64,000 bases of DNA from Octopus bimaculoides (Eukaryota): NCBI RefSeq assembly GCF_001194135.2, contig NC_069000.1, positions 21,847,197-21,911,196 of the forward strand, in the 5' to 3' direction. Every line of letters starts with the position of its first letter. Position 1 is the stretch's first letter. The position numbers and the translations under genes are program-made. The notes under the pieces were generated by a model. The model had not been told where the DNA came from. It ran no database searches and worked only from the letters and a program-made list of their open reading frames with translations. Shown here one piece after another: positions 60,815 to 64,000 of this stretch.

Positions 60815-60934
60815 ATAACCATGTGCAGGAACATCTGTTTCTGTTTTGCTGTCATACTCTAAACCTTCCATCATGTGATACAAGATCACCTCCTCCAATG
60901 CCCCTTCCCCTTTCAAAGATTCCTTGTCTTGCAA

Positions 60935-61256
60935 AGTTACTTTAAGTGGCACCTGCCAGTGCAGGTGCCCCTTAAAAAGCACCCAGTCTACACTGTAAAG
61001 TGGCTGGCATTTGGAAGCCTATCCAGCTGTAAAAACCATGCCAAAACTGACCTTGCCTCTGTGAGTGCCATGTAAAAAGCACTCAGCCCACTTTACGAAG
61101 TGGTTGGTGTTAGGAAGGGCATCCAGCCATAAAAAACCTTGCCAAAACAGACACAGAAGCATGGCGTAGGCTCCTGCCTGGCCAGCTCCTATTAAACCAT
61201 CCAACCCATGCCAACATGGAAGGAGGACGTTAAACAATGATGATGATGATGATGAT
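60935..61256 (+). mobile_element. Repeat family D copy with internal duplication
   Basis: ggttggtgttaggaagggcatccagcc...ccaacccatgccaacatggaaggaggacgttaaacaatgatgatg; a more degenerate copy lies at 60050-60252. Confidence 0.8.
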
Positions 61257-62379
61257 ATATATATATATATATACATACATGCACACTCATCAATATGTGC
61301 ACCCATTCATCATTCATCTGTGATTCATGTTTGTTTATATGTATAAATATATATACATATATAAACATACACCCATATATGTATAGTTGTGGGTATACAT
61401 GTATGTGTGTCTCCACATGTACATACATTTACAATGATACTTACGCTTATCCATTGTACTGTTGGTTTGTATTCAGCAAAAACAAAAATAAATTGTGCTC
61501 TGTACTGAGAATAGCAGATGTTAGTTATAGGGAGATTTAAATTACCATGTCTAGACATTGCAACAAGTTGTTCTATACACAAGATGTTTTATATAATTTA
61601 TACACCCTAATGCAATGGTATTTGCTTCATTTATTGTTTCGTTTCTTTGTTTTTTTGTTTTTTTTATCATTTTAATGCAGCAAACTCACAGAACTAACTG
61701 CTTTGGGAGGTGAGGTTTAAGGCAATGAACAACTGACTGCAAGATTATCAATTCAAACAGTCCTACAGCTGTTGTATTTTACCTCCACTCCCAAATAACT
61801 TGTGCAGTACATTTGTATAGTACTTGGTCCCTGTGTGTGAGATTTGGGTTTAAGGTGAGAAATTACGAATCATGAATTAATCAGTTCAATCTGTGCTTAG
61901 GACATTGTTTTTTGGTGGCTTTTTGTTTTTTATTACTGCTGCCACTTCAATACAAAACAGAGCACATTTATACTATTGCATCTTAGCCATTGGTCCTGCT
62001 TTGTGAGAGTTGAATCTATTATACACAACTTGAAGATTAATCATGAGTGGGTAGAGGCAAACCTTCACTTGCCAACAAGAGAACCTCTACATGTCTGCTT
62101 GATCTGCTAGAAGAAGAAGTCTATTTTCCCCCTTAAATAATACACCACCACTGTCTTTAAAAAAAAAAAAGGTGGGGTACATTGGATGGTATTGTGTAGT
62201 TCTGAAAACACTATAAATATAATGATATAGTTATGGCTGAACTGATTTGAAGCTAAACAATAACAACAGTAACATCTACTTCAATTAACTCACTGATACA
62301 CGGATATACTATGCGTCCTCTCAGTTTTCTCTATTACTTTTACAATACTCTCTGCTAATTTACATTTTCCAAATATTTT

Positions 62380-62540
62380 ACCCCAGCCGGATTAGAAGAA
62401 TCTTCTCCAACACAACGTCTTGCCATTTGTTGCAGTCATTTGTCATCACCATTGTAATATTCAGCTTCCTGTGACCATCACTCACCACTTCTTCCCATGC
62501 CGCCTTTGGTCAGTTTCAACACAGTGACTTTCCAATTTCC
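62380..62540 (-). pseudogene. RTE LINE C-terminal fossil
   Basis: Reads AWEEVVSDGHRKLNITMVMTNDCNKWQDVVLEK, resembling RTE TWEEVV.KDL..L.L...MT.DR..W...V.EK. Confidence 0.55.
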
Positions 62541-62639
62541 GTGTTTTTTCATCATTTCCTTTGTATGTTTCAGCTCTTGTCACTTCCTCTAACATCTTCA
62601 GTCTTCACCTTCTGCAGACTCGTTCTACTTGTATTGGTA

Positions 62640-63175
62640 ATAACCCTTTCTACTATAGACCTGAAATTTTAGGGGAGGTGTCTAGTTCATTATGTCAACT
62701 CCAGTGCTCAACTGGTTCATATTTTATCTACCCTGAATGAATGAATGAAGGGTAAAGTTGATCTCAGTGAAGTTTGAACTCAGAACATAAAGCTAAGAGA
62801 AATGTCACTAGGCATTTTGTCTGCTGTGCTAATGATCTGCCTTCTCATTGCCTTGCATCATTAATAATAATAATGATTTCTGAAATAACCACGAGGCCAT
62901 ACATCTTATTGGGAGGGATTCCAGTACATAACTGGCACTTATTTCATTGATTCCCATAAGAATGAAAGATAAAGATGATCCCAGCAGAAATTTAATGCAG
63001 AACTTAAAGAAATTTAACTAAATATCACTGTGCATTTTGTCTGCCTTGCTACTGAATCTACCAATACAACACCCTGTTCTTCCAGGTTCATCAAAATAAA
63101 GTACCAGTCATATACTGAGGTTGGTATAATTGACTTAAACCTTCCCCAAAATTTGAGGCCTTGTGCCTTTGTTAG
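62640..63175. mobile_element. Cluster of degenerate SINE C1 copies
   Basis: Minus copy 62640-62860, degenerate minus copy about 62880-63060, plus-strand tail about 63080-63175. Confidence 0.7.
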
Positions 63176-63769
63176 GAATCAATAGTAATAACAACAAAAC
63201 AAAGCCCACTACAAAGTAATATGTACCAAGTAACATTTTGTCCAGTGCACTAATATGTACCAAAGTAATATGGACCAAGTGATGCAGTGTTCTGAGCAGA
63301 GAACTTCATTTCATGTTGCTTCCCATCCAGGGAGGAATATATATGTCAGAAAAACTGGGAAATGGGCCCTGTGCTCTTTATGGAGTAATGAGGGCTAACC
63401 ACATTATTATAGAGTAGAATTTGATAAAAAATACATGTAACAGAATTGGATATCTGAGTATCCTATCACTTGTTGTTCACGAACTGCCAAAGACTTAATT
63501 GCATGGATTTGTGTTCCAGTCATGCCCATCTAACGTGTAGGGGCTTTCTCTCATTGTCTTGTATCATAACCGCTTATGTAGGCACTAATGAAGATTGATA
63601 TAACTGAGCATGAAAGTAGTATATCTGATAACTGTATATCTACATTCTAAGAGACAACATATATCATAGTCTTTGATAACATTATATCATAGTTATTATT
63701 TTGTTGCAGGTCAGTGTTTGTTGTGTAGACCCTTGATCAAAGGCATTTCAATGTTTTTGTATCATTATG

Positions 63770-63960
63770 GATATGTAATTATAGAATCGCAGAAAAGAAT
63801 CATAAGACAGATTCTTCATGCTAAGCCAACTGGCAGAAGATCTAGGGATAGACCAAGAACAGGATGGTTGGATAATATCCAAAGCCTCAGTTGGTCATGA
63901 TTGGGAATCCAGCTGGAAAGTCTAATGATAGTTGTGTCTGATAGGACACTTATGGAGGAT
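63770..63960 (+). pseudogene. RTE-type LINE C-terminal fossil
   Basis: YGYVII..QKRIIRQILHAKPTGRRSRDRPRTGWLDNI matches W.GHV.R...R..KQIL...P.G.R.RGRPR.RW.D. Confidence 0.7.
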
Positions 63961-64000
63961 ATGATTAGTGACTCTACCCCCATGAGCTACCCAAGAATAG

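Noticed and set aside
61697-61795. Imperfect inverted repeat tttgggaggtgagg / cctccactcccaaa
   Set aside because: The arms are short with mismatches and the inner region pairs poorly; compatible with chance.

Overview
AT-rich, repeat-saturated eukaryotic scaffold with four N-gaps. It is not a prokaryotic or viral locus. The tRNA-derived SINE families, dense CA/TA/GA/AAT microsatellites and TE fossils point to an octopus (coleoid cephalopod) genome; this is inferred from repeat content, not from a search. I can identify no intact host gene, RNA gene or CRISPR array, and the ORF track is mostly microsatellite read-through or antisense to TE fossils, so the window is probably a long intron or intergenic DNA. 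Supported content: (1) two full-length decayed mariner elements with TIRs and TA duplications (19400-20682 minus, 31973-33273 plus); (2) a pogo/Tigger fossil split by SINEs; (3) four 3' fragments of R4/Dong-like RLE retrotransposons, all in (AAT)n tracts; (4) a HERO-like RLE 3' end; (5) a Penelope GIY-YIG 3' end followed by a decayed hammerhead-like motif; (6) several RTE LINE fragments; (7) TTAA-flanked piggyBac-type MITEs and a Helentron-like element; (8) dozens of SINE copies in six families that I label A-F. The most interesting structures are: (AAT)n tracts where one SINE and the R4-like LINE pile up in fixed opposite polarity, including a mirror-symmetric 1.8-kb cluster at 9.7-11.5 kb; SINE head and tail swapping; a 78-bp-arm hairpin at 56.5 kb; and a few splice-bounded exon candidates. 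All of these are hypotheses needing alignment or RNA data. Boundaries of degenerate repeats are approximate (about 10-30 bp).
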